Below, in pieces: positions 1 through 24,447 of a DNA stretch of 64,000 nt. Source of the stretch: Salpingoeca rosetta (Eukaryota; Protista; Choanoflagellata); contig JAWQFM010000027.1 of assembly GCA_033442325.1 (NCBI GenBank), positions 997,047 to 1,061,046 on the forward strand, read 5' to 3'. How positions within the stretch are numbered: the first letter of the stretch is position 1; each line of letters opens with the position of its first letter. The position numbers were made by a program, and so were the translations under genes. Below the pieces are notes generated by a model that saw only the letters and a program-made list of their open reading frames with translations, had not been told where the DNA came from and ran no database searches.

Positions 1-65
1 ATTACAACGCATACAGGAGCGCGCATACATACGCACACACACATATACACAAGTACACACACACA

Positions 66-711
66 CCTCGAGCTCTGGCAGGTCGTCGTATTTGTGTGCG
101 CCAATGTTGAAGATGCGGAAGTTGACATCGTCGTGGCGCTGGAAGAACGCAAGCACGTCGGCCTTCATGTTTGCGCCTGTTCTCGATGACAACCGCTGAG
201 ACATCAAACCATGACCAGGCGCAGCAAAAGGCGCGGTTGGGCAAGCACATGTAGAATGAGACAATGATGCAGCTTTTAGCTTGGGGCTCGTCTTGTTATC
301 CCTTCCTGTCTCTGTCTGTCTCTCGGTCTCACACGCACACACGCACACACACACACACACTGTCGCTCTGTGCCGCTTCATATGCATCGCCCATCAAGCA
401 TGACAGAACCATCGGCCCACCGTGAAGATGCCGCTCATTGCCGCAATCCTCGGCGTAATGAAGGTCAGGTCCAAGTCCTCCGTCTTGTACGTCTCAACGC
501 TGCACGGATGCGAGAGAGGCAGTGGAAATGAGTGCAGGGCGAGACGTGCATTGGGAGGTTGGCGCGGAGGGCAAGTGTTGCAAGTTTGAATTGACGCGAG
601 GGTGCTGACCCAGAGTTGTTGACGGCGCGAGCCGCAGACCGCATCGCCGACGCCTTGAGCGCCTGCAAGCAGAGGCACGAACGAGAGAGGCACGAAGGAA
701 TAAGAGGAAGG

Positions 712-777
<66 letters not shown>

Positions 778-905
778 GTGTGTGTGTGTGCGTGTGTGTG
801 TGTGTGCGTGAAGGAGAGGCAGACAAACAAACACGCCCACACAGTCGCACAGCGCAGCCTTACATTGACGGTCTTTCCAAGGCCGCCGAAGAAGGAGTCG
901 CCCAT
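66..905 (-). CDS. PTEN/tensin/auxilin-type phosphatase domain protein, 5' exons only (gene continues past the window start)
   Basis: ATG at 905. Spliced exons read MGDSFFGGLGKTVN / ALKASAMRSAARAVNNS / VETYKTEDLDLTFITPRIAAMSGIFT / RLSSRTGANMKADVLAFFQRHDDVNFRIFNIGAHKYDDLPELE. DLDLTFITPRIAAMS and DV..F...H...FRIFN match the N-terminus of the PTEN-like domain. The catalytic CX5R motif is outside the window. Confidence 0.8.
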
Positions 906-1169
906 GTTTCTCACGTGGAGCGCAAAGGACAAAAAGAAAAGGCCGCACACTTGAAGTAAGGGCAAGGATCACCACACCTCCAACACACACATCCACACAC
1001 ACGAACAGCTACGTTGATGTTTCCCTCTCTTCTCCTATCTCTCCAACCAGCCAACAACGCCAACGTTGCGGGTGATGAAAATGCCTTGAAAATGTGGCCA
1101 ATTTTCGGCAAGCGCTGCTGTCAAGAGAGGGAGGACAAGCAAGACAACACTGCACCAATACTGCCGATC

Positions 1170-1495
1170 ATGACCTCGTTTATCCAACGGGTGGCCAAGC
1201 TTGGTGCCAACGCATTGCTCGGAGGTACTGTGCAGTTATGTGTGCTTGTGTGCTTTTGTGTGTGCGTGTGTGTTTTATGTAGCTTGATTTGTTTGACGTG
1301 AGTTGTGGTGTACAAATCGCCCTTCTGCACTCACGGACACACACACACACACATCGCGCCAGTGTTTACGAGCAGTGGCGGATTTGATGGCGCATTCAAA
1401 GGTCAGAGACGCTGCATTCACTGCTTATGTTTGTCTTGGCCAGCACTAGCGCTGTGTGGTTGTATGTCTTCTTGCCTTGCACTGGAAAACACACA

Positions 1496-1577
<82 letters not shown>

Positions 1578-1850
1578 TTGACTCGTGTTGGGCAGAGCTG
1601 CGAGTGGTGGCCATCAAGGCCGGGTCGGTGACTGCGACGCTTCCAGTCACAAAGCCACTGTGTAACTCCTACGGCACACTGCACGGCGGTGCAGCAGCCA
1701 CCCTCGTCGACATCGTGGGCACGTGAGTGAGCGCGAGCGTGCGTGCATGTGTACGTGCGTGTATGTGATGCATTCACTGCTCATGTGCGCTATGAGCATT
1801 TCCTACCTCACATCCATATACACAACAACAACGACGACAACAACAACAAC

Positions 1851-1911
<61 letters not shown>

Positions 1912-2011
1912 NNNNNNNNNNNNNNNNNNNNNNNNNNNNNNNNNNNNNNNNNNNNNNNNNNNNNNNNNNNNNNNNNNNNNNNNNNNNNNNNNNNNNNNNN
2001 NNNNNNNNNNN

Positions 2012-2073
<62 letters not shown>

Positions 2074-2423
2074 GCGCGCGCGCGACATTGGCAGGATGGC
2101 ACTGTTGACAAAGGACCCGCGTCGAGCGGGCGTGAGCGTGGATATCAACACGAGCTATCTTCGCGCAGCGAAGGAGGGAGAGGAACTACTCATCACGGGA
2201 CAGTGAGTTTTTGTTTCATCCATGCGATCCTTGATTCGTCCTTGATTCGTGTTCGGGCCTGACGCCTTTCTGTGACCCTTTCGTCACTGCTCGACCGCTG
2301 ATTTCTATGTGATGCCGCCAGGGTTTTGAAGACTGGCAAGAAGCTTGGATTCACGCAAGTGGACATTGCACGCAAGAGCGACAGTGCGTTGTACCATGTG
2401 CATGTGTGTGAGTGTGCGTGCGC

Positions 2424-2454
<31 letters not shown>

Positions 2455-2743
2455 AGTGCGTGAGTGTGTGAGTGTGTGAGTGTGTGAGTGAGTGTGAGTG
2501 AGTGTGAGTGTGTGAATGAGCACAAGTGTGAGTGAGCACAAGTGTGAGTGAGCACAAGTGTGAGTGAGTGTGAGTGAGTTCATCAACCTCTTTATGTCTG
2601 GTGCATGCGCACTTGACTTGTACCACTAACCCCTTTGCTCACTCTCACCACTCACACCCACCACAACATTGCCCCCCCCCACCCATCACACACACACGTC
2701 AGATGAAGTGTTGGTGACTGGGCGGCACACAAAGGCGTTGTGA
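1170..2743 (+). CDS. ACOT13: Hotdog-fold PaaI/ACOT13 (THEM2)-type acyl-CoA thioesterase, 6 exons
   Basis: Exons give NSYGTLHGGAAATLVDIVGT, GVSVDINTSYLRAAKEGEELLI, VLKTGKKLGFTQVDI and EVLVTGRHTKAL* (TGA 2741-2743). The N-x-x-G-x-L-H-G-G...D signature is present and the splice sites are GT..AG. Confidence 0.9.
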
Positions 2744-3089
2744 TGCGACGCAGCATGCAGTTTGCAGGTGCAATTTGGGGAATAACGGAGGGCAAGAGCG
2801 AGCCGGCGATTTGAGAGCAAATGAGGCACATATGCGTGTAGATGTGGGTGGCAAAAAAGAAACAAGCAGCAAGCGCGGCAACAAGAGCGGCTGCCAAAGG
2901 CACCAGGTCACATGTTCTAGCGGCAGGGAGCAGATACAACAAGACCAAAGCGGGATGCGGCAGCACAACAGGGATGTGATGAGATGATGAAGACGAACGA
3001 GAAGAAGAAAATGATGATGATGACGATGATGATGCGAAGAGCAATGGGAAGCAGGCCGTGTGTGTGTGCGCGCGCGTGTGTGTGTCGAT

Positions 3090-14707
<11,618 letters not shown>

Positions 14708-14888
14708 CTCTGGCGGTGTTTGTGTGGCGAAAATAGATTGAAAACTTTCACCATTTCTCCGCAAATCGCACAGCCAAACCAACAGCTGGCGGTGACGCAA
14801 AGTCGTCACAGCACCCCCACCACAGCACCACCTCAACTCCTCCTTGTCCTCCTTTGTTTTGCGAGAGGACACAGTGAAGGAGAGAAGA

Positions 14889-14988
14889 ATGGGGCGGCCG
14901 CTGCTGTGGTCGGCGATCTACCTCTTCGCTTTCGCCTTTGCCACCGTCATTGCCTGCAGCGAAACAGCACAAGCGGCAGCCGATGAGA

Positions 14989-15076
<88 letters not shown>

Positions 15077-15077
15077 G

Positions 15078-15158
<81 letters not shown>

Positions 15159-18100
15159 AAATGGACTGGTTGTTTAAACCTACGTGCGACTTTGTGCATT
15201 TTGTCTGCCTGCGCGCTTTTCCCAATGCGCTGGACACGAGTGCTCACACGTGCTTGTATCCACTCCCATCCCTCCACTCACCCCACATCCACACCCGTCC
15301 CTCCACTCACCCCACAACTACAACAGCTGCCTCTGTGTGGGCACGTGGACACGACGCTGGCGCAGCTCGAAACGACCTTGACGCGCCATGGCGTGCCATT
15401 CACCACGTCCACGCAGCAGCAGCAGCAGCAGCCACGGACAGCAGACAGCAATGCCACGGCGCGCTCCGTGCACGCAAATCGTCCAGCAGTCTTAATTGAC
15501 CTGTCATCCATCCAGGACATGATGCGCGCGTTTGGGTGTCCAGCAACCGCAACACGCAACGCCGTGACGCACACCACCGTGACGCACACCACCAAGGAGC
15601 ACACCACCAAGGAGCAGACAACCCGTAATCCAACACCGTCGCCCAACGCCACAGCCGAATCTGAGACCATAATCAATCCACAGCTGGCACATGCACAGGA
15701 ACACCAGCAACGCCGCGAGCTCTTGCGGCTGCAGACTCGTAGTCGTGAGCGACGTGCGAGCACACCGTCACAATCAGGAGCGTGCACACTGGCCAGCATC
15801 CTCAGCGACACGTGTGCCGCTGGTACCGATAACATCACCCTGACCATCACGTTTGATGGCAGCGAGCAGATCAACGGCACCATCGACAACTTCCCGCTGC
15901 TCAGGATCTCCGCCAACATCGCCACGCTCATCCTCAGGGGCACGGTGCACGAGCCGCAGCTGCAGTGGGTGCTGGACAACGGCAACTGGGACGCATGTTT
16001 CTTCTTCATCTTGGAGGGCCTGCAGTTTGACACCTTCCGCCTGAGTACGCTGCATCGGTTCCTGAGCCTGCGGGGTGTCCGCCTCCAACGCACCGCCATG
16101 CTCCAGGCCGTGGACACGCACAACTTCCCGCAGGCGGGGCAGATCCGCCGGCTTGACATCCATAACACCTCCCTGGCCACCATCCCATCCCTCGCCAACT
16201 TCACGTCCCTGCAGGTCCTGGACATGTACGACAACCGCATTCGACACGTGAGCAAGGATGCCTTTGCCGGCCTGACGGCCCTCAGCAACCTGTTTATGGA
16301 CGGTAACCTCATATCCCGCATCGATCGCGGTGCATTTGCGGAAGCAACAGCGCTGACGGAGCTGGTGCTGAGTGACAACGACATCACGGCCGTCCCCGAA
16401 GGCCTGCTGCATCCCCTCATGCGGCTCACCGTGCTCAAGCTCCAGCACAATCCAATGCGCGAGCTGGACCCGGACGTGTTTGGCAGCCTCACATCCATCC
16501 GTCTCCTTGTCCTCAGCAGCACCCTCATCACCAGCCTGCCCACCGGCATCTTCGCTGCCGCCACCCGCCTCACCGACCTCGACCTTGCACACAACCTGCT
16601 CACGTCCCTGCCCGAGACCATCTTCTCTGGCCTGTCGCTGCTGGACGAGGTGCAGCTGTTCAGCAATCGCCTGACATCCCTGCCACCACAGCTGTTCAGG
16701 GAGCAGACGGCCCTCACACGCCTCTCGCTCGACCACAACCGAATCAAGTACCTGCCCCCCTCGCTCTTCGACACGTGCAGCGAGCTCCGCTTCGTTATCT
16801 GCAGCAACAACGGGCTGCAGACCATCCCGCCCCGCCTGTTCCCCAACAGCCCGCACATGGTGCGCATTAACTTCGCCAACAACGCGCTGCGCGCTGTGGA
16901 CGGCCTCTTTGACGGCTCGGCGCTGTCCGCGCTGGTTGCGCTCGACCTGGAGGGAAACCGGTTGACACAGCTGCACATTCCCACCCCGCTCCCGTCACTG
17001 CGCAGCCTCATCCTCAGCCGCAACCCGGTACAGCACGTCCCAAACACGAAGATGGTGCCGGAGCTTGGGGAGCTGCGCATGCAGGGCCACCACATCAAGC
17101 GCCTGGACCTCACCCCGCTGCTGAGCCTGCAGCGCATTGGCACGCTGGATGTGAGCGCCGCTGGTCACGTCCACAGCACTGCCATGCTGGACGCTGCTGC
17201 CGTGAGTGTGTCCCCGGCCCTCCACGCCCTGAGCGCCACCAACGTGGACCTGAGCAGCGTGCTCGGTGTGCTGCAACAGCTGCCGTCGCTTCAGCTGCAC
17301 GAGCTCGGCGTTGGCTGGCCCGGCGCCGACGAGACCACGCTGCCAGTCTCGCTGCTGTGCCACGTGCTGGCAGACGACGTGGATGTGCTGCGGCTCCCGC
17401 GTGTCAACCACGCATCCATTGAGCTGTGCTCCGACAAGCGGTTTGACACCGTTCAGCTGCAGGGCAACGGGCACCTGCGCTCCGTCAACATCCCCACGAC
17501 ACTCAAGGAGCTCAATGTGTCCGATTGCACGCAGCTCACGTCCATCACGGTGCCGTTTGTCGACATCCTGGACATCAGCAACACGCGCGTGCAACTGAAT
17601 GCGGCGCTGTGCACGCGCTGGGGACGGCGCATCCTGTTTGCCCGCAACCTGGACCCGGTGTTTGTTGACTTGCAGTACGCCCTGTCTGCTATGGGCACGT
17701 GCCTGGACAACGTCGACATCCTCGACCTCTCCGGCAATGCGTGGCTCGACAGCCCACAGGAGGTGAACCGGGTGGTGAGCAACGACATTGCGCTGTCGGA
17801 CCTGCTGTTCATCACGGCCAACTTCTTCACCATCCGCTCGCGGCCGACCCCGCCCATCCTGCAGCTGCAGTCGTCGCCCGTCGACTGCGCCATTGCTGTC
17901 TCCAACCAAGAGCTGCGGCGCCGTACAGACACCGCCATTGTGTCAAACGAGATTGTCTACTCCTTCCACTGCACGTGTGCGCGCGGATACAAGATGACAT
18001 CGGGTGGGCGGTGCGTGGTGGACAACCCAGATGTTGCGGGCATCGCTGCTGGTTCTGTCATTGGCGGCCTTGCCCTTGGCTTGCTCATGGCGTGGTTGTC

Positions 18101-18680
18101 ACGCCGCTACCGTGGCCTGACCAAGCGCATCGACCTGCAGGAGCAGCTGCTAGTGGAACGAGATGAAGAGGTGATGGCGCTGAAGAAGGCGTGGGAGATT
18201 GAGTACGATGAGCTGAGACTGGTTGAGCGTGTGGCTGCGGGTGCGTTTGGCGTGGTGTTCAAGGCGGAGTGGGACACAGTCACAGTGGCGGTGAAGGTGT
18301 TGCAGCAAGCCGTCATGGCATTTGACGAGAGCACGGTGCTTGAGTTTGAGAAGGAGGTGGAGTTTCTGCAGCGGACACGGCACCCGCACGTGGTGCGGTT
18401 CTTTGGCGCGGGCACAGATCCCAACGGCAGCCCGTTCCTGGTGCTGGAGTTTGTTGCTCTGGGGTCACTCAAGGACCTGTTGGGGAAGGACTTGGAGGGG
18501 GTGCTGAGGGAGATGGAACAACATGCTGGTGATGACAATCATGATGTGGTTCTCAGAGCCAGCAGGGATGGTGCTGATTGGGTGTGGGCGCTGAAGACAC
18601 GTTTGCTCCGCGACATTGCCAGTGGCATGGCCTTTATCCACAGCCTGGATCAAGTACACAGGTGCGTGTAAGGGGAGAGT

Positions 18681-18762
<82 letters not shown>

Positions 18763-19478
18763 TGCGTTGGCGTATGTGGGTGGTTGGGTGTGTGCGCGTG
18801 TGTGTGTGAGTGAGTGAGTGTACATGCATGTGCCTGTGTGTTTGGGTGCAGGCACGTGCCTCTTGCAGATCGCCCATCCTAGCCTCACCCCTCTCATCAA
18901 CACCACATCCGCAGAGACCTGAAGAGTGGCAATGTGCTGGTAAACTCAAAGCTGCGCGCCAAGATTACCGACTTTGGGTCCATTCGCCAATGCCTGACGC
19001 GTGGCCGCGGTGGAAGTGTGCATGCAGGCAACGAAGCACAGCGAGCTGGTCTCCTTTCCAGCTCAGACGAAGCTGGTGATCTGCAGTACTCGCGCCAGGC
19101 CGGGCTGACCACGCAGATGAACCTGACGATGACGGCTGGCGTGGGCACGCCGCTGTACATGGCACCCGAGGCGATTGTTGGTGACAAGTACAACGCCAAA
19201 GCAGACGTGTTCAGCTTTGGCGTGCTGATGTGGGAGGTGGCGACCCAACGTGTGCCTGACTTGATTGAGCAGGAGAAAGGCAGTGACTTCAGAGGACCCC
19301 TGCTCCCCGCACTCGCAGAGCTGCTGCTTGAAGGCAAACGCCTTCGGTTCGAAGATCACGGTGCGTGTGTGTGTGTGTGTGTGTGTGTCTGTGTGTGTGT
19401 CTGTGTTTGTGTGTGTGTGTGTCTGTGTCTGTGTGTCTGTGTGTGAGTGTCTGTGTGTCTGTGTGTCTGTGAGTGTGC

Positions 19479-19524
<46 letters not shown>

Positions 19525-19709
19525 GTGTGTGCATCCTTGCCATCGTGCGCTTGCACATTCACTGACCAACTTTCTGCACATGTGCATACAATCCTTGAGC
19601 AGATGGTGTGCCGGAGTGGTTCCAGACGCTCACCAGCAAGTGTGTCCACGAAGATCCACAGCGACGGCCGACATTTGCCGAGCTGGAGGCACATCACCTG
19701 AATGCCTGA
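14889..19709 (+). CDS. LRR receptor-like kinase (signal peptide, LRR ectodomain, EGF-like motif, TM, TKL-group Ser/Thr kinase), about 1329 aa, 4 exons
   Basis: Exons 14889-14990, 15327-18661, 18915-19360 and 19603-19709 join in frame (3990 nt). Signal peptide MGRPLLWSAIYLFAFAFATVIAC; 24-aa LxxLxLxxNxLxxLP repeats; CTCARGYKMTSGGRC; TM VAGIAAGSVIGGLALGLLMAWL. Kinase motifs AGAFGVV, VAVK, HRDLKSGN, DFG, GTPLYMAPE, DVFSFG and RPTF. Confidence 0.93.
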
Positions 19710-19722
19710 CATTGTGTTTGTA

Positions 19723-19763
<41 letters not shown>

Positions 19764-19766
<3 letters not shown>

Positions 19767-19967
19767 TGTCTATCTGTCTATCTGTCTATCTGTCTGCCTG
19801 TGTCTGTGCCTGCATGTTACTCTGCCTGCCTGTGTTATGTTACTAGCTCGTGGTCTGTCTATCTGTCTATCTGTCTATCTGTCTGTCTGTGTCTGTACGT
19901 CTATCTGTCTGCCTGTGTCTGTGCCTGCATGTTACTCTGCCTGCCTGTGTTATGTTACTAGCTCGTG
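19764..19967. repeat. Two-copy tandem duplication (about 90-115 bp unit with TCTA/TCTG repeats) downstream of the kinase stop
   Basis: ctatctgtctgcctgtgtctgtgcctgcatgttactctgcctgcctgtgttatgttactagctcgtg occurs twice in tandem. Confidence 0.85.
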
Positions 19968-20251
19968 CGTGTGTGTATGTTTCGCCTGTGCGATTAGCTG
20001 ACTGATGCCTTGCTTGTGATCGACCCTGCCTGTCCCAATAGGAGCATCATTGTACCGTTACAAATGAACACTTTTGTTTATTGAAGCAGTGGAGAAGGGT
20101 GAGGGAACGGCAAGTGACGCGAAGGGGCAGCAATGTAACGATGTCAAAGATAGGGAACTCGATCCGGACGTTGTCCTCCAGGAACAGAGCAAACAAACGA
20201 ACCGACAGACGAACAATTCAAGCACACATGCGCACACACACCAACACACAA

Positions 20252-20284
<33 letters not shown>

Positions 20285-20374
20285 CACAAACACAAAAACA
20301 CACACACACACAAACACACAAACACAAAACACACACAAACCAATCAATCCAACCCCAACTCCCGTCTTTTCCTC

Positions 20375-22858
20375 TCAGCAAATGAGGCAAGTGTCGACAC
20401 AGTTGCTGAGAGTGAGGGTGTCAGGGTTGCCACGCACGCAGACGCAGTCGCCGGTGGCAAGAAGGCCGTGGCAGTCGAGGGATGTGAGTGCGTTGTTCTG
20501 CACATCAAGGTTGCCCGTGATGTTGGCGATGCCGCTGAGGTCAATGCTCTCCAGGTTGTTGTTGTCGACGTTGAGGGTGCCCTCGATGAAGGTGAGCTGG
20601 CCAAAGTTGATGCTAGTCAGGGCGTTGTTGCTCAGGTGCAGGTCTTTGTCAAACGTGGCACCCGGCACGCCAACGCCGGCGATGCTGCCAAAGTTGATGC
20701 TGGTGAGCGCAGAGTCGGTAATGCTGAAGGTGTCGATGCGGCCGGCGACGCCGCGGAAGTTGACGCCCACGAGAGCGGTGTCGTCGATGGCGAGCGAGCG
20801 AATGGCAGTCACCGAGCCAAAGTCGACCGTGGTCAGGTGCGGGTTGTTGGACAAGTCAATCTCACCGCCAGTCGTGTCGTCACCGCTGGTTTCACCGATG
20901 CGCGCCACGTTCTTGAAGTTGATCTCGGTGACGGCCGTGTCGCGAATGGTCACGTCGCCGCCAATGGCGGTGACTGCGCCAAAGTCGACAGCGGTGACCT
21001 TGCCCGCACCGCGGAGGTTGAGGTCGCCTGTCACCGTGCGCAGGTTTGCAAGATTGACGCTGGTCAGGCCCGTGGCGTCACGGAGGTCCAGATCGCCCTC
21101 GAACGACGTCAGCGCACCAAAGTCGATGGCCGTGAGCGTGCTGACCCGCGACAGGTCCAGCACTCCGCCCACGCGCTCCACGTTGGCAAAGTCGAGGCTG
21201 GAGAGCGCCGTGCTGCGCAGGGACACGGCACCGCCAATGTGTGTGGCGGACGCGATGTTGAGGGACACAAGGCTGTCGATGCTGCTGGCGCTGAGGGTAC
21301 CGCCGATTCGCGTCACGCTGGGGAGATCGAGATTAGTCAGGGCAGTGCTGCGCACGTCCACGTCGCCGTGCACGGCAGCGAGAGCGGGGAAGGCGATGGA
21401 GGTGAGTGAGGGCGTGGAGGCAAGCCGCACGTCACCGCCAACACTGACGAGCTTGGGGAAAGCAACGCCGGTTAGGCCCGTGTTGGAGAGGACGAGGTTT
21501 CCGCCCACCACCTCGAGGGCGCTGGCGTCGATGGTGGTGAGGCCAGTCACGCCAAACGCCTGCAGATTCCCCGTGATGTTGGTGAGGCTGGCAATGTTGA
21601 CGGAGGTGACCTGGGTGCCGGTGAGCTGCAGGTTGCTGATGGCGGTGAGGGAGCGCAGGTCGAGCGCGGTGAGGGAGCCCAGGCCCGATGGCTCAAACCG
21701 CCCGCCGAGGTGGGCCAGGCTGGACAGCTCCATGGAGGTGAGCGCCGTGCTCAAGAGCACGATGTTGCCGCCTACAAAGGTGAGGGACCCGGCGTTAACG
21801 GCGGCGAGGACGGGCTGCTGGAAGGGCATGAACGTGCCGGCCTCAAGATGGCGGCCGATGCGGGTGAGGCTGGGCAGGTCCAGGGTGGTGATGAATGTGT
21901 CGCGGAGGTTCAGGTCCTGCCCAACCTCCTGCAATGCGGGGAGGTCGATGGCGGTGACGGACGTGGCCTGCAGAGAGATGATGCCACTGACGGTTGCGAG
22001 GCTGGGCAGGGCGAGAGCGGTGAGCTGGGTGCGGGACAGGTCGAGGTGGCCGTCGATGGACTTGAGGGCGTTGAAGTTGATGGACTCGAGCGTGGCCATG
22101 CCGCGGAAGTCGCCTGGGATGGCCTGCACGCTGCCAAAGTCCATGGTGGTGAAGAGGGAGTGGGCGAGATTGAGCGTGCCCTGGATGGCGGTGAGGGCGC
22201 CAAAGTTGACGGCTGCGGATGCCTGGATGAAGCTGAGGTCGATAGCGTCGCCGACGCTCTCGAGGTTGCCAAAGTCAATGGTGGTGGGCACGGTGAAGCT
22301 GAGGGTGAGCGCGTGGCCGATGCTGGTGAGGGCCGGTGCTTCGATGGAGGTGAGGGTGGTGATGCGGCTGATATCGAGGGCGCCGCCGACAGACTGGAGC
22401 TGACCAAGGCTGACTTGCGTAAGCTCGTTGCCTCTGAGGGCGAGGTGGCCTCCGATGGCCGTGAGGCTGCCAAAGTCGATAGTGCTGATTTCGTTGTTTG
22501 CGAGGTTGACTGCGCCACCAATCACCAGGACGCCCTCGAACACGACCGACTGCAGCCTACCGCGGACAATGCCGTTGTTGTACGAGTTGATGTTGCCGCG
22601 AATGGACTGCACAGCCCCGAAGCGCAGCCGGGTTGTGTCCTGTGCCATGGTGATGGAGCCAATCACGCGCTCAAGCGCATAAAACTCCTCGCAGCAGCAC
22701 TCGGTGACGTCGATGACCGCGGACACGCCGGAGTTCCTCACGGCTGCGCGGGACTCTGAATCGTTGCAGTTGAGCGACGGGTATTGTTCTTGCGGAACTG
22801 TATTTGGGAACAGCGTTACAGGGTTCGGGTCATCGTCATCGTCGGCGTTGTTGTTATG

Positions 22859-22889
<31 letters not shown>

Positions 22890-23233
22890 CCACCTTGGCT
22901 GTTTTTGGAGCCTCCAGCACCGTTGTTACGGCCACCGCCACCGACAGAGGTCACTGCCACGGGCACGGCAATCAAGATGACAACGACGGCCACGGCAGCT
23001 GCGATGAGCAGTGCTTTCTGATGCTTGGTCCAGAACGAAGCGCCAGCACCATAGGTATGGCTATGGAACGACGAGGACACCTTCGTGCTGGTTGTTGGCG
23101 GGTGCTCGCCATCGAACGCCGGGTTGCTGAACAGCGCGTACGTGGCCTCATCAACGTTTCCTCCCTCGTCCACCACGGACACACCTCCACCATGGTCGAG
23201 GTGAAGCAGTGACCGCTCACTGTCGTCCTCCAT
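20375..23233 (-). CDS. Single-exon 952 aa type II membrane protein with about 30 receptor-L-domain/Ecm33-like 22-aa repeats
   Basis: Uninterrupted ORF with strong coding bias. About 72 aa N-terminal tail, TM LLIAAAVAVVVILIAVPVAV, G/N-rich linker, Cys cap (C..ECCCE), repeats of consensus LxxIGGxLxLxxTxLTxIDFxx, and a C-terminal Cys cap (LDC..CVC..CVDTCLIC). Confidence 0.88.
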
Positions 23234-23296
23234 CCTGACGCGATTGTTGGAGGGAAGGGAAGAAGGGAAGCGGCTGGCTCGGCGTTGGGCTTAGGG

Positions 23297-23372
23297 GTGA
23301 GTGCGTGGGTGAGTGCGTGGGTGAGTGCGTGGGTGAGTGCGTGGGTGAGTGCGTGGGTGAGTGCGTGAGTGC
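23297..23372. repeat. 12-mer minisatellite (GTGAGTGCGTGG)n upstream of the L-domain gene ATG
   Basis: Five to six tandem copies are directly visible. Confidence 0.85.
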
Positions 23373-23648
23373 GTTGGCGGCTAGGGAGAAGCCTGGAAAA
23401 GCAGGGAGGGTGGGGGCTGGCGTCCCTGCGTGCGTGGGTGCGTGAGGCAGTGTCTGACAGTGGCGGCAAGCTGGAAGGAGAGTGCTGAGCACGCAAGTCC
23501 TCAACAGGACAGCTGGGACGATGCGCGACTTTTGTTTGCGAGGCGTGTGTGGGGCCTGCAGAGGATTGAGGAAGCCTTGCCGCAATTTTCAGTTTGTTTG
23601 GTTTTGAGGGGCCAGGGAACAAAGGTGCTTTGTTATACAATTCGATGC

Positions 23649-24395
23649 ATGAAATACGGGAGCTGTTGCTCTGCATTGTGTGGGAAACGTGCATTACTTT
23701 ACCATCGTATGATGATGAGTCAACCGCACGTCTGCGAGAAGTGTTGCCGCGGTAAGCCAGCAAAGCAAGCAAGATGAACAGAGAAACTGTCGAGTGAGCA
23801 GCAACATGATGTTGAGCGAGATGAATGCGATGTGTGATGGGAGGCAAGGTGATGGGAGGAGAGGCGTGTGCGTATGAGAGGAGGGCGGGAAGAGCACCAA
23901 TGCACTCGAAGGAGAGTCCATTTCCTTACACGACCTTTGCCTGCCCCTTAACACAGATGGCACGTTCCGGCGGTCTGCACGGGCACAGCGTCAGTTCCTG
24001 TCAAGAACAGCGACAGACACGCTCAAGGTTATCACGGATGTGCTTGATTGCTTGGTTGGACCTGTGCGCCGGCCACAGGCTGTTGCTATTGTTGTTTGGT
24101 TAGTGCTGCTGTTGCTGAAACTCCATCGTGAATGCTGCTCCTGTTGACGCAAGCCCACAGCTGATCCCTGTTGTGTGTGCATTTGCGTTTCTGTGTGTCT
24201 GCAGAAATATGCGCTGCATCGGCATGTTGTGAAGCGGGCGTCTGCAGCCTTGCAGCGGCAGTCGAGCGAGATTACCCGCAGCATGGCTGCCATGACCACA
24301 TCCGTTGTCCTCAGCCCAAGTGCGTTTGTGTGTGTGTGTGTGTGTGTGTGCGTGTGTGTGTGTGTTCGTTTGTGTGTGCGTGTGTGTGTGCGTGC

Positions 24396-24447
<52 letters not shown>

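Noticed and set aside
15278-22403. Long antisense ORFs (621 aa, 673 aa, 442 aa, 400 aa) overlapping the LRR kinase and L-domain genes
   Set aside because: Shadow ORFs caused by high GC3 codon bias in long exons; no recognisable motifs.
23289-23298. Single TTAGGG next to the 12-mer minisatellite
   Set aside because: One copy only, expected by chance; not a telomeric array.
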